Of a stretch of 64,000 bases of DNA, positions 35,812-47,931 are shown piece by piece. Source of the DNA: Malacoraja senta (Eukaryota). Below the pieces are notes generated by a model that was not told the origin of the DNA, made no database searches, and saw only the letters and a list, made by a program, of their open reading frames with translations. The position numbers were made by a program, and so were the translations under genes. The number at the start of each line of letters is the position of its first letter. Position 1 is the first letter of the stretch. The stretch is taken from NCBI GenBank assembly GCA_038087875.1, contig JAXLNO010000567.1:1-64000 (forward strand), read 5' to 3'.

Positions 35812-35937
35812 GTTTCCAAAGCAGCTGCGGAACTTCTAGCCTACTGTGAGGAGCACGCCAAGGAAGACCCTCTGGTCAGCCCTGTGGCCAACTCCACCAA
35901 CCCCTTTCGAGACAAGGGTATGTGTGCCATCCTTTAA
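35812..35937 (+). CDS. gng8: G-protein gamma subunit (GNG8-like), last coding exon
   Basis: Branch-like CACTGAC (35775-35781), a long pyrimidine tract and the acceptor CAG (35809-35811) precede a phase-0 exon. It reads [41 protein letters not shown], with the DPL and NPF G-gamma motifs and a CAAX box. Confidence 0.95.
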   Translation, partial: VSKAAAELLAYCEEHAKEDPLVSPVANSTNPFRDKGMCAIL

Positions 35938-36051
35938 GGGTGACAGCAATGCCCAGCCTCCCCAGCCTCCCTCTTCCCCCACAACCCCACCTGCCACGGT
36001 TGGCTTTGCGAAGAGTGAGGTTGGACAACTGATGGAAGATTAGTCAACGCA

Positions 36052-36057
36052 AATAAA
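36052..36057 (+). terminator. Probable polyadenylation signal of the GNG8-like gene
   Basis: AATAAA about 115 nt after the stop codon, at the end of a unique non-repeat stretch. Confidence 0.65.
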
Positions 36058-37201
36058 AGCTTGGACACAGCCCTGTTACGTGTGATTACTCGTCGGATTA
36101 ATTAGTTGAGCGATACAGCGTGGAAACAGGCCCTTCGGCCGACCAGCGATCTCCGCACATTAACGCAATCCTACACACAACTGGGGACAATGTGTACTTG
36201 ACACCAAGACAATTAACCTACAAACCTGTACGTCTTTGGAGTGCGGGAGGAAACCGAAGATCTCGGAGAAAACCTACCCAGGTCACGGGGGAGAACGTTG
36301 CAAACTCCGTACAGACAGCGCCCGGTAGTCGGGATCGAACCCGGGTCTCCGGCGCTGTGAGGCAGCAACTCTACTGCTGCCAAGGTAGTGGAATCAAGAA
36401 CCAGAGGACTTAGGATTCAGGTGACCTACCCAGGTCAACGTGCAAACTCCGCACAGACAGCACCCGAAGCCGGGATCGAACCCGGGTCTCCGGAGCCGCA
36501 AGCGCTGCAAGGCAACAACTCTACCGCTGCGCCACCGTGCCGCCCATAAATGCTTATGCCCTTGATGTGTACTATGGAATAAAATTCTAAGCAGCCTCAA
36601 TACAGCACGGTGGTGCAACGGTAGAGCCAATGTCTTACAGCACCAGAGACCCGGGTTCGATCCTGACTACGGGCGGCTTACCTGTACATTCTCCCCGTGA
36701 CCTGCCTGGGTTTCCTCCGAGATCTTCGCTTTCCTCCCACACCATAAAAGACGTACCGGTTTGTAGGTTAATTGGCTCGGTGCAAGCGTAAATTGTCCCT
36801 AGTGTGTGTAGGGTAGTGTTAACGTGCGGGGATCGCTGGTCGGTGCGGGCTCGGTGGGCCGAAGGGCCTGTTTCCGCGCTGTGTCTCTGAACGAAACGGA
36901 ACAAAGAAATAGACACAAGAAGTGGGGTGACTCAGCGGGACAGGCAGCATCTCTGGAGAGAAGGAATGGGTGACGTTTCGGGTCTGAAAAGTCACCCATC
37001 TTCCGACTGAAATCTGAAACGTCACCCATGCCTTCTCTCCAGCGATGCTGCCTGTCCCGCTGAGTTACTCCACCATCTTGTGTCTATCTCCTTCTTTGGT
37101 TTAGCTTAGAGATACGGCTTCGAGAAATGCCCGTTTCCGCGCTGTATCTCTACACTAAACTAAATCCTTCTGGCGTCGTAGAATGGGAACTATAAAATTA
37201 T

Positions 37202-37609
37202 TATATTAGTATATTAGTATATTAGTATATTAGTATATTAGTATATTAGTATATTAGTATATTATTATATTAGTATATTAGTATATTAGTATATTAGTAT
37301 ATTAGTATATTATTATATTAGTATATTAGTATATTATTATATTAGTATATTATTATATTAGTATATTAGTATATTAGTATATTAGTATATTAGTATATTA
37401 GTATATTAGTATATTATTATATTAGTATATTAGTATATTATTATATTAGTATATTATTATATTAGTATATTAGTATATTAGTATATTAGTATATTAGTAT
37501 ATTAGTATATTAGTATATTATTATATTAGTATATTAGTATATTATTATATTAGTATATTAGTATATTAGTATATTAGTATATTAGTATATTAGTATATTA
37601 GTATATTAG
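37202..37609. repeat. (TATATTAG)51 octamer array with TATATTAT variants
   Basis: 408 bp = 51 x 8. Confidence 0.97.
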
Positions 37610-37864
37610 AACAAGGCAATGGCCATGGATGATGTCGAGCGTGTCACCTCACCTGACCCCACCTTCAACATTTTAGCCAACAGATCAACAACTAACATAA
37701 GCACAGAATGCCTGGGTAACTCAGGCAGCATCTCTGGAGAGAAGCAACAGGTGCCGTTTTGGATCGAGTCCCTTCCTCAGACTGAGAGTCAGGGGAGAGG
37801 GAAACTAATATGAAAATGTACAAGCAACACACGAATGAAGGGCACATCCTTTTTAACTCTGGGA

Positions 37865-38062
37865 CACAGAGTGCTGGAGTAACTCAGCGGGTCAGGCAGC
37901 ATCTGTGGAGAACATGGATAGGTGATGTTTCACAGAGTGCTGGAGTAACTCACCAGGTCAGGCAGCATCTGTGGGGAACATGGATAGGTGACGTTTCACA
38001 GAGTGCTGGAGTAACTCAGCGGGTCACATAACATCTGTGGAGAAAAGGAATAGGTGACGTTT
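37865..38062 (-). repeat. 66-bp tandem repeat x3 of PLE terminal-repeat sequence (second array at about 38311-38427)
   Basis: Units start at 37865, 37931 and 37997. Both arrays share the junction GTTTCACAGAG. Confidence 0.85.
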
Positions 38063-40710
38063 CGGGTCGAGACCCTTACGGGTCTCGACCCGAAACTCCA
38101 CCTATTCCTTTTCTCCAGAGATGCTGCCCGTCCCGCTGAGTTACTCCAGCACTTTGTACCAATCTTTGGTATAAACCAGCACCTGCAGTTCTTTATTTCT
38201 ACTCTCTCCTAAACATTAATGCTCTCTAATCCAGGCAGCATCCTTTTTCTTTCAATCAAAACATTTCTTCAATTATTAAAAATAATATTTACAATACAAT
38301 GAAAACTCAGTAACTCAGCGGGTCAGGCAGCATCTGTGGAGAACATGGATAGGTGACGTTTCACAGAGTGCTGGAGTAACTCAGCGGGTCAGGCAGCATC
38401 TGTGGGGAACGTGGATAGGTGACGTTTCAGGTCTAACCCCAACTGAAGACTAACCCTACTGTGTCTAACTGAGCCTAACTGAATATTAAGAAGGAACTCG
38501 ACCAGAAAGGTCACCTCGCCTATCCATGTTCTCCAGAGGTGCTGCCCTGGCCCGTTGAGTTGCTCCAGCGTTCTATTGTGTAAACCAGCATCTGCAGTTC
38601 CTTCTCACTGTCATTTTAACTGTTTGCCATTCAGTGTCAGTCACGCCCCCTGGGACACGGATAACGCTGAGAAAAACAAAGCATCAGGTGGTTTAAAAAC
38701 ACAAACGCACGTCTTGTTTTTCGTTAGGTTACATGTTATTGGAGATGGGCATGAGGTGGGAACTCCATTAGAACCACATCTGTGATCATCCCCTCTGGAT
38801 TGGACTTCAGATGATAGGACAGGGAAAAATAAGATGTCCTTGAGTGAATTACATCGAACAGTCCAGTACAGGATCAGGCCATTCGGCCCTTAATGTCCAT
38901 GCTAAATTAATCTACCGATATTCATTAATTAACTTAAGACTATTCAGTTTAATGTTCAGAAAATTTCTAAAATTATTTAAAATATTTAAAATTAATTTCC
39001 TCAAAAATCATTAAACTGCTTAAAAATACAAACTCAAATTAACTCCGAGATACCCATCTACTCCAAAGCCATTCCTTGCCATTGAAATTCGAGGCTAATG
39101 CAACAAGCTCAGATGGGGTACCATGGCCAGCTTGGACGAGTTGGGCTGAAGGGCCTGTGTACGTGCTGGGTGACTATGAGTCGGTGGGTAGCACTTGGTA
39201 GAAACAGGGGCAGGTTGAACTTTGTAGGCAGGAACTGCAGATGCTGGTTGACACCGAAGATAGACACAAAATGCTGGAGTAACTCAGCGGGACAGGCAGC
39301 ATCTCTGCAGAGAAGGAATGGGTCTCCAGAGATGAGTCTGAAGGAGGGTCTCGACCCTGAAGGAACGGCGATATATTTCCAAATCAGGGTGACGTGTGGC
39401 TTGAAGGGGAATCTGCAGGTGGTGGTGTTGCCATGCATCTGCTGGCCTTGTCCTTCTTGGTGGTCTTGGGGCAAGTAGACAATAGACAAGAGACAATAGG
39501 TGCAGGAGTAGGCCTTCGAGCCAGCACCGCCATTCAATGTGATCATGGCTGATCATCCCCAACCAGTACCCCGTTCCTGCCTTCTCCCCATATCCCCTGA
39601 CTCCGCTATTTTTAAGAGCCCTATCTAGCTCTCTCTTGAAAGCATCCAGAGAACTTGCCTCCACCGCCCTCTCAGGCAGAGAATTCCACAGACTCACCAC
39701 TCTCTGTGAGAAAAAGTGTTTCCTCGTCTCTGTTCTAAATGGCTTACTCCTTATTCTTAAACTGTGTGTGGCCCCTGGTTCTGGACTCCCCCAACATTGG
39801 GAACATGTTTCCTGCCTCTAGCGTGTCCAAGCCCTTAACAATCTTATATGTTTCAATGAGATTCCCCGTCATCCTTCTAAACTCCAGAGTGTACAAGCCC
39901 AGCCGCTCCATTCTCTCAGCATATGACAGTCCCGCCGTCCTGGGAATTAACCTTGTATCCACAGTGCATTATGTAGACTGTGCACTGTATGCTGATGGTG
40001 GAGAGGAGCCCTCTAATTCTCTCACTTAGGTGCTTGCACCCATTGCCTTGATGGGCAGTGCTGGAGTAAGCTATAGTTTAGAGATACAGCGCGGAAACAG
40101 ACCATTCGGCCCACCAGGTCCGCGCCGACCAGCGATCCCCACAAACCAACACTGACCGACACACACTACTGACAATTTACATTTTACACCAAGCCAATTC
40201 ACGTACAAACCTGTACGTCTTTGGAGTGTGGGAGGAAACCGAAGATCTCGGAGAAAACCCACGCAGGTCACGGGGAGAAGATACAAACTCCGTACAGACA
40301 GGACCCGTAGTCGGGATCGAACCCGGGTTTCTGGCGCCGTGAGGCAGCAACTCTACCGCTGTGCCACCGTGCCGTAGTCTAACCCAGTGGCAATGAAGGG
40401 ACTGATCATCTAATGTCCCATCACCTAACCAGGTCCACAAATACAGCTTCAGGCTGCATGAGCTAAGGTTTGCGCTAAGGTTTGTGTACCTTGTTTTGTT
40501 GAGGTTTGCAAAATCTTTGCACAAGCTTCCCACTTACTTGTGTGTGTGCTAACACTGCCATCTACGGTCCATTCAAAGTATCTTCAAACCAAGAAAGAAG
40601 ACTGAATCAAGATAGATAATAAATAAACTACTCATAGATTGACACAGCGTGCAAACAGGCCCTTTGGCCCAACTTGCCCACACCGACCAACATGTCCCAA
40701 GAGACTTTAA

Positions 40711-41558
40711 GGAAGTGGCGGCGCTGTCGTACAGCAGCGGCTCGCCTGCAGTCCGTCTGTTTTTACTTTTTTTGTTGTTTTCTTTTGTCCTGTTTCAGTT
40801 AAATTTTAGTTTATTGGGTTGTGTATGTGTGGGGTGGGGGGGTGGGGGGGGTGAAACATGACTTTTGTCTCTTCCTTCGGGGGAATGCGACTTTCTTGTC
40901 GTATTCCCTTTCTCTGCCTCCGTCTGCGCTGAGGCCAAAATGGCGGAGCTGCCGGCCTCCAACTCCAACTGCGAGCGACCGACCGACCTCGAGGCTCCGG
41001 AGGCAGAGCCAGGACTTACCAGTGCGAGGCTGGCCAACTTCGGGGCTGCGGTGGCGTTCCGGCGGTGGCGACCGAGGACACTGGTGGCGACCTGAATCCG
41101 GAGGCTCGGCCGCGGGCCCAGTGGACGACATCGTCGGGAGTGCGCAGGTCACAGGTTGGTGACCTGTTTTTCTGGGGCTCCCGCAACTACAGCTGCGTCC
41201 GCTGGACTGGAGGGCGGCAGCTTCGGCAGCTTCGGCCACCCCGGGCTGCGGAGTTTGAGCCGGCCCGTCGCGGAGCACGGATTCGGCCGCTGGACTGGCT
41301 TACCGTCGCCCGGCGGGGCCACAGCATCAGAAGCCTGGATCGCCTCAGCGCAGAGGGAGAAGAAAGCGGGAAGAGACAGAGACTTTAAGACTTTTGCCTC
41401 CATCACAGTGAGGAGGTGCCTGGTGAACTCACTGTGGTGGATGTTAATTTGTGTTTATTGTGTGTTTTGTTATTTATTATTATATGTATGACTGCAGGCA
41501 ACGACATTTCGTTCAGACCGAAAGGTCTGAATGACAAATAAAGGAATCTCTCTATCTC
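40711..41558 (+). mobile_element. ~0.8-kb GC-rich non-coding retroelement, copy 2
   Basis: Same 5' and 3' ends as copy 1. It interrupts an antisense CR1 tail. Confidence 0.8.
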
Positions 41559-43032
41559 CCACACTAGTCCCACCTGCCTGGGTTTGGCCCTTATCCCTCT
41601 AAACCTCTCCTATTGGGGGTTGCCAACTTTCTCGCTCCCAAATAAGGGACAAAAGGTCAAAATACGGGACAAATTCCCGACGGCAATTCGTTGACCGACT
41701 GGTCCATGTCTGGGTGAATGATGAGTTGGCCTGGATGCTGGACTGCACACAAAGCCCAGCCGGCAGGCCAGCTGAGGAGTTTTGACCCATGCCGCTCGCA
41801 ACGTCCGGCACCCCATCCAACTCATGAACCGACGATCGGCCATGAGAAGGACGGGTGGTGGTGGCGGCAGTAAGTGAAGGTCAGAGGGTCGGACAGCTGG
41901 CCGGGCTGCCGGCCCACGGGGCCACGTACCTGTCTAACTGTTTCATAAGTGTAGCTAAAGTCCCAGCCTCAACTACCTCCTCTGGCAGCTCGTTCCATAC
42001 ACCCACCACCCTCTGTGTGGGGAAAAGTTACCCCCTCAGATTCCAATTAAATCTTTTTCCCCTTCACCTTGAACCCATGTCCTCTGGTCCTCGATTCCCC
42101 TACTCTGGCCAAGAGACTCTGTGCATCTACCCGTTCTATTCCTCCGATGATTTTATACACTGGAGTGCAGGAGTAACTCAGCGGGACAGGCAGCATCTCT
42201 GGAGAACATGGATGGGTGACGTTACAGGTTGAGACCCTTCTTCAGACTGACTGTGTGTTGCAGATTCATCATTTTGCCACAAGAGGGTGCAAAGGAGCCA
42301 ACCGTGATCTAGTCTTCCTGAGGAGAGAGTGTTATGGATTCACAACAGAAGCTGCCTCTCCCGCTAAGTTTCTCCAGCATTTTTGTCCACCTTAAATTTA
42401 GTGAAAGCTAGAGGCACCAGACACTTCCCCTTACGGCTATTGCCAGCTCGTACTGCGGCCGTGTGCTGCCCAGCCCCTTCCTGTACAACCCCATCTACAA
42501 CTCTCACCAACTTCCACAGATGCACCCCTCCTTCCCATGGCCCGATCATCTTATCGGCTTGCATCACAGCATGGTTTGCGCACAGCCAAAGATCCTATAG
42601 CTATATGTGCCGCAGGATCTTTGGGCACAGCTCCACCCATGGCCGCAAGAAATTGCCGAGATGGAAACAAAATGCTGGAGTAAGTCAGCGGGACAGGCAG
42701 CGTCTCTGGAGAGAAGGAATGGGAGGCGTTCCGGGTCGAGACGAGACCCTTCTTCAGTCTGGGTTACTCCAGCTTCTTGTGTCCATCTTCGGTTTAAGCC
42801 AGCATCTGCAGTTCCTTCCTACACTAAGAATGGCGGACGCAGCCCAGACCATCACACAAACCAACCTCCCTTCCATTGCCTCAAAGGACGTACAGGTTTG
42901 TATGTTAATTGGCTTGGTATAAGTGTAAATTGTCCCTTGTGGGTGTAGGATAGTGTTAATGTGCGGGGATCGCTGGTCGGCGTGGATTCGATGGGCCGAA
43001 GGGCCTGTTATCTCTACACTACACTAAACTAA

Positions 43033-43335
43033 AAGCCCTGTCCCACTGTACGAGTTCATTCCAAGAGCTCTCCCGAGTATTAACAAAATCAAACTCGTGG
43101 TAAGCACGGAGAATGAACGTAGCGGGTACGTCGGAGCTCGGGGACGTCTCTTAGCGGCTCGTTACGCCAACGGCCGGTACTCGGAAAACGCGGTAAGCTC
43201 GGGAAGACTGGTGAAGATTTTTCAACATGTTGAAAAATGTCCACGAGAGCCCCGAGTACCGACGAGCGGCCGTTACCGTATCAGGGCAAACTCGGGGGGG
43301 ATTCTTAAATGAACTCGTACAGTGGGACAGGGCTT
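43033..43335. mobile_element. PIF/Harbinger-type MITE, same family
   Basis: TIR AAGCCCTGTCCCACTGTACGAGTTCATT and a TAA TSD at 43030-43032 and 43336-43338. Confidence 0.8.
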
Positions 43336-44734
43336 TAAAGCTGCTCCATTAGCCCTCTGCCCTCTCATTGTGGAGAGTTTTACAACAACCGTTTCATTAC
43401 ACGTTTCCTCCGCCTTCTGTTTCCGTAGCTCTTTCCCCCCCCACCCCCGTGACCTTTGAAACCCAGTTTTCTATCACCTGATAATCAGGAAACAACCAAC
43501 TGCTGGAGATAAAACCAAGCAAACCCACATCGCAAACTCTGCTCCTAAACTCATCGCCACCTGGAAACACCGGAACTAAAGACATTAAGCAAACACAACA
43601 TCTTTCACCTACTCCAATAATTCAGGCACCATCCATCCAATGTTAGAATCCTATCATCATCCTTTCACAGTCACTGAGCTAGAAGGGTTAAGCCCCGGGA
43701 TGGCGGGACTGTCATATGAGGAGAGATTGGAAAGACTGGGCTTGTATTCACTGGGATTTATAAGGATGAGGGGGTATCTTATAGAAATATGTAAAATTAT
43801 AAAAGGACTGGACAGGCTAGATGCAGGAAAAATGTTCCCAGTGTTGGGCGAGTCCAGAACCAGGGGTCCACAGTCTAAGAATAAAGGGGAGGCCATTTCA
43901 AACTGAGATGAGAAAAAAACGTTTTCACCCAGAGAGATGTGAATTTGTGGAATTCCCTGCCACAGAGGGCAGTGGAGGCCAAATCACTGGATGGATTTAA
44001 GAGGGAGTTAGATAGAGCTCTAGGGGCTGGTGGTGGCCAAGTCACTGGATGGATTTAAGAGAGAGTTAGATAGAGCTCTAGGGGCTAGTGGAGTCAAGGG
44101 ATATGGGGAGAAGGTAGGCACGGGTTATTGATTGGGGACGATCAGCCATGATCACAATGAATGGCGGTGCTGGCACGAAGGGCTGAATGGCCTCCTCCTG
44201 CACCTATTGTCTATTGTCTATTGACTGCAAAGACGTACATGTTTGTAGGTTAATTGGCTTGGTGTAAATTGTCCCCAGTGTGCCTGGGGTAGTGTCAATG
44301 TGCGGTGATCACTGGTCGGTGCGGACTCAGTGGACTGAAGGTCCTGTTTCCGCACTGTATTTCTAAACTAAACCACACCATCCTTTTGCGTAAGGAAAAA
44401 AGCCAGCTGGCTCAGAGGCACTGATAAGAAAGTGTCGTCATCTGAACAGGTCAGGTGTTAAGAAAACAGGGGGGATGGAATGGAGCGCTTCCAGGAAGCA
44501 GAGTGGGATGGGGCAATGGTGATGGATGGAGAAACACGCAGAGAGCGAGGGCGGTGAGGGTTGTGAAAGCAATGTTTTTGTTGACTGAGAAAAGAGGAAA
44601 GGTCTTTGTTGAAGCAACAAATGTGGTGATTGGGGAAGGAGACAAGGGCAGCTGTGACATAGAACGAGTCCGTGTTGTTGTTGTTGAGAGGTCAGGAGCA
44701 GACGTGTTCTTTTAGAGAAACAACAGTGAAACAG

Positions 44735-44768
<34 letters not shown>

Positions 44769-46309
44769 CTTCATAAGGTCATAGCAGAATTAGGCCATTC
44801 AGCCCATCAAGTCTACTCTGCCATTCAATCAGGGCTGATCTATCTCTCCCTCCGAACCCCATTCTCCTGCCTTCTCCCCATAACCCCTGACACCCGCACT
44901 AATCAAGAATCTATCCATCTCTGTCTTAAAAAATATCCGCAGACTTGGCCTCCACAGTCTTCAGTGGCAACGAATTCCACAGATTCACCACCCTCTGACC
45001 GAATAAATTCCTCCTCATCTCCCTCCGAAAGGAACATCCTTTAATTCTGAGACTATGGCCTCTGGTCCTAGACTCTCCCACTAGTGGAAACCTCCTCTCC
45101 ACATCCACTCTATCCAGGACTATCCAGGCTTACTGGGTCCACGCATTCACAATAGTTCTAAGTTTAATTTGATTTAGTTTAGCTTAGTTTAGTTTTTATT
45201 TCACGTGTACCGAGGTGCAGTGAAAAACCTTTTGTTGTGAGTTATCCAGTCAGCATAAAGATGATTCATGATTACAATCAAGTCATCCACAGTGTAGAGA
45301 TAGAGGATAAAGGGAACTATGTTTAGTGCAAGATGAGCCAGTAAAGTCTGGTTAAAGATAGTCCCAGGGTCTCCAATGAGGCCAGGACTGCTCTCTAGTT
45401 GGTGATAGAATGATCCAGTCAGTTCATTGTTATCCCACTTTCTCATCCACTCCTTACACACTAGAGGCAATTTATAGAGGCCAGTTAGCCTACAAACTCA
45501 CAAGTCTTTGAGATCTAGCAGGAAGGGAGTGCAGCGTAGGTTTAGAAGGTTAATTCCCGGGATGGCGGGACTGTCATACGCTGAGAGAATGGAGCGGCTG
45601 GGCTTGTACACTCTGGAGTTTAGAAGGATGAGAGGGTATCTCATTGAAACATATAAGATTGTTAAGGGTTTGGACACGCTGGAGGCAGGAAACATGTTCC
45701 CGATGTTGGGGGAGTCCAGAACCAGGGGCCACACACAGTTTAAGAATAAGGGGTAAGCCATTTAGAACGGAGACCAGGAAACACTTTTTCTCACAGAGAG
45801 TGGTGAGTCTGTGGAATTCTCTGCCTCAGAGGGCGGTGGAGGCCGGTTCTCTGGATGCTTTCAAGAGAGAGCTAGATAGGGCTCTTAAAGATAGCGGAGT
45901 CAGGGGATATGGGGAGAAGGCAGGAACGGGGTACTGATTGGGGATGATCAGCCATGATCACATTGAATGGCGGTGCTGGCTCCAAGGGCCGAATGGCCTA
46001 CTCCTGCACCTATTGTCTATTGTCTATTGTCTATTGAAACCAGAGCTCCTGGAGAAAACCCACGCAGTCACAGGGAGAACGTGCAAATTCTGTACAGACG
46101 GGAGCTGAAGTCAGGATCGAACCCGGGTCTCCGTCGCTGTGAGGCAGCAACTCTACCGCTGCGCCACCGTGCCGCCCTCTCTGGAGAACATGGATCGGTG
46201 ACGTTTCGGATCGAGACCAGGATGGTCTATCCATGTTCTCGAGATGCTGCCTGATCCGCTGGATTACTCCAACACTTTGCCTCCTTTTGCGTAAACTGGC
46301 ATCTGCAGT

Positions 46310-46310
<1 letters not shown>

Positions 46311-46340
<30 letters not shown>

Positions 46341-46449
46341 ACACCTCCCCCCCCCCCCCCCCCACCCCCCACACCCTCCCCCCCCGCCCCCCCCCCCCCA
46401 ACCCCCCCCCCCCCCCCCCCCCCCCCACCTCCCCCCCCCCCCCCCCCCC
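46311..46449. repeat. Poly-C tract (another at 44734-44766)
   Basis: Direct reading. Confidence 0.9.
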
Positions 46450-47588
46450 GAAAAGCTTTTGTCCGTGTTATACAGTCAGCAGAAAGACAATACATGATTA
46501 CAATCGAGCCATTCACAGTATATAGATACATGCATGATAAAGGATTAACATTTAGTGCAAGGTAAAGCCAGTAAAGTCCAACCAAAGATAGTCCGAGGGT
46601 CTCCAATGAGGTAGATGGCAGTTCAGCCCTGCTCTCTAGTTGTGGAAGGATGATTCAGTTGCCTGATAACAGCTGGGAAGAAACTGTCTCTGAATCAGAA
46701 GGTGTGTGTTTTCACACTTCTGTACCTTTCGCCCGATGGAGAGGGGAGGAGAGGGAGTGGCCGGGGTGTGACTGGTCCTTGATTATGCTGCCGGCCTTGC
46801 CGAGTCAGCGCGAGGTGTGGACGGAGTCAGTGGTAGGGAGGTTGGATTGTGTGAATCTTTATGGCAGTTTACCCACCTAGCCTGTTGAACAAGTGACTTT
46901 GCACCGCGGTTAACCCTTACCCTGCTGGCAAACTGTAGGTAAACGTGATTAACCGTGAGCTAGCTTCTCCCTTCTCACACACCCATCAACACCCCATCGG
47001 CTTCACCAATCGTTCTAATACCATCTCTAACCTTCCGCGCATCTTGCTACAACTTACCCAATATCTGTCTACACTTGCTTGACCCCTCTGTCTCTATTGA
47101 CTCGCTGGGCATCCCACTTTCTGCTTCTCTACTTGGCTCCCCTAACTTTCCCTGACCTCCTGACTAATTCTCACTAAATCCCCCTTCCGATAACACTCTG
47201 TAATTCTCCCAATCTCACGTTGATCGTCCACAATTGTATATTCATTAACCATTATCTCACTGAATGAAAATGGACCTTAGTCCTTCTATAGATAGAGTAA
47301 TAAAACAGAGACTGTCATTAAACCTCACCCTACCCAATAAAACACTGGGTCCAGAACACTTTCCCTGTCAAAAATGTTTAGTTTAGATTAGAGATACAGC
47401 GCGGAAACAGGCCCTTCAGCCCACCGAGTCCGTGCCGACCAGCGATGCCCGCACATTAACAAAAGCCTACACGCACACTAGGGACAATTTACACTTATAC
47501 CAAGTATACAAACCCAAGCCAAACATTATACAGCACTAATCATCAATGGATATTTTTAAGGCAGAGATAGATAGCTTATTGATTAGTA

Positions 47589-47931
47589 TTTAAGAAGGAA
47601 CTGCAGATGCTGGAAAATCGAAGGTGGACAAAAGTGCTGGAGAAACATAGCGGGTGCAGCAAGATCTATGGAGCGAAGGAAATAGGCAACATTTCGGGCC
47701 GAAACCCTTCCGGGTTTCGGCCCGAAACGTTGCCTATTTCCGTCAGGGTTTCGGCCCAAAACTTTGCCTATTTCCTTCAGGGTTTCGGCCCGAAACGTTG
47801 CCTATTTCCGTCAGGGTTTCGGCCCAAAACGTTGCCTATTTCCGTCAGGGTTTCGGCCCGAAACATTGCCTATTTCCTTCGCTCCACAGATGCTGCCGCA
47901 CCCGCTGAGTTTCTCCAGCACTGTTGTCGAC
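47589..47931. mobile_element. Fold-back PLE-derived element with five 34-bp units (47711-47880)
   Basis: Perfect 14-bp TSD CTTATTGATTAGTA at 47575-47588 and 47932-47945. Confidence 0.85.

Noticed and set aside
44451..44712. Minus-strand Ser/Thr-rich ORF with a hydrophobic patch, possibly a GPI-protein last exon
   Set aside because: The acceptor is weak, there is no recognisable homology or upstream partner exon, and the hydrophobic patch is not terminal.
46311..46449. Functional G-quadruplex or i-motif tract
   Set aside because: Homopolymer length is unreliable in assemblies, and the tract sits between TE fragments with no other support.
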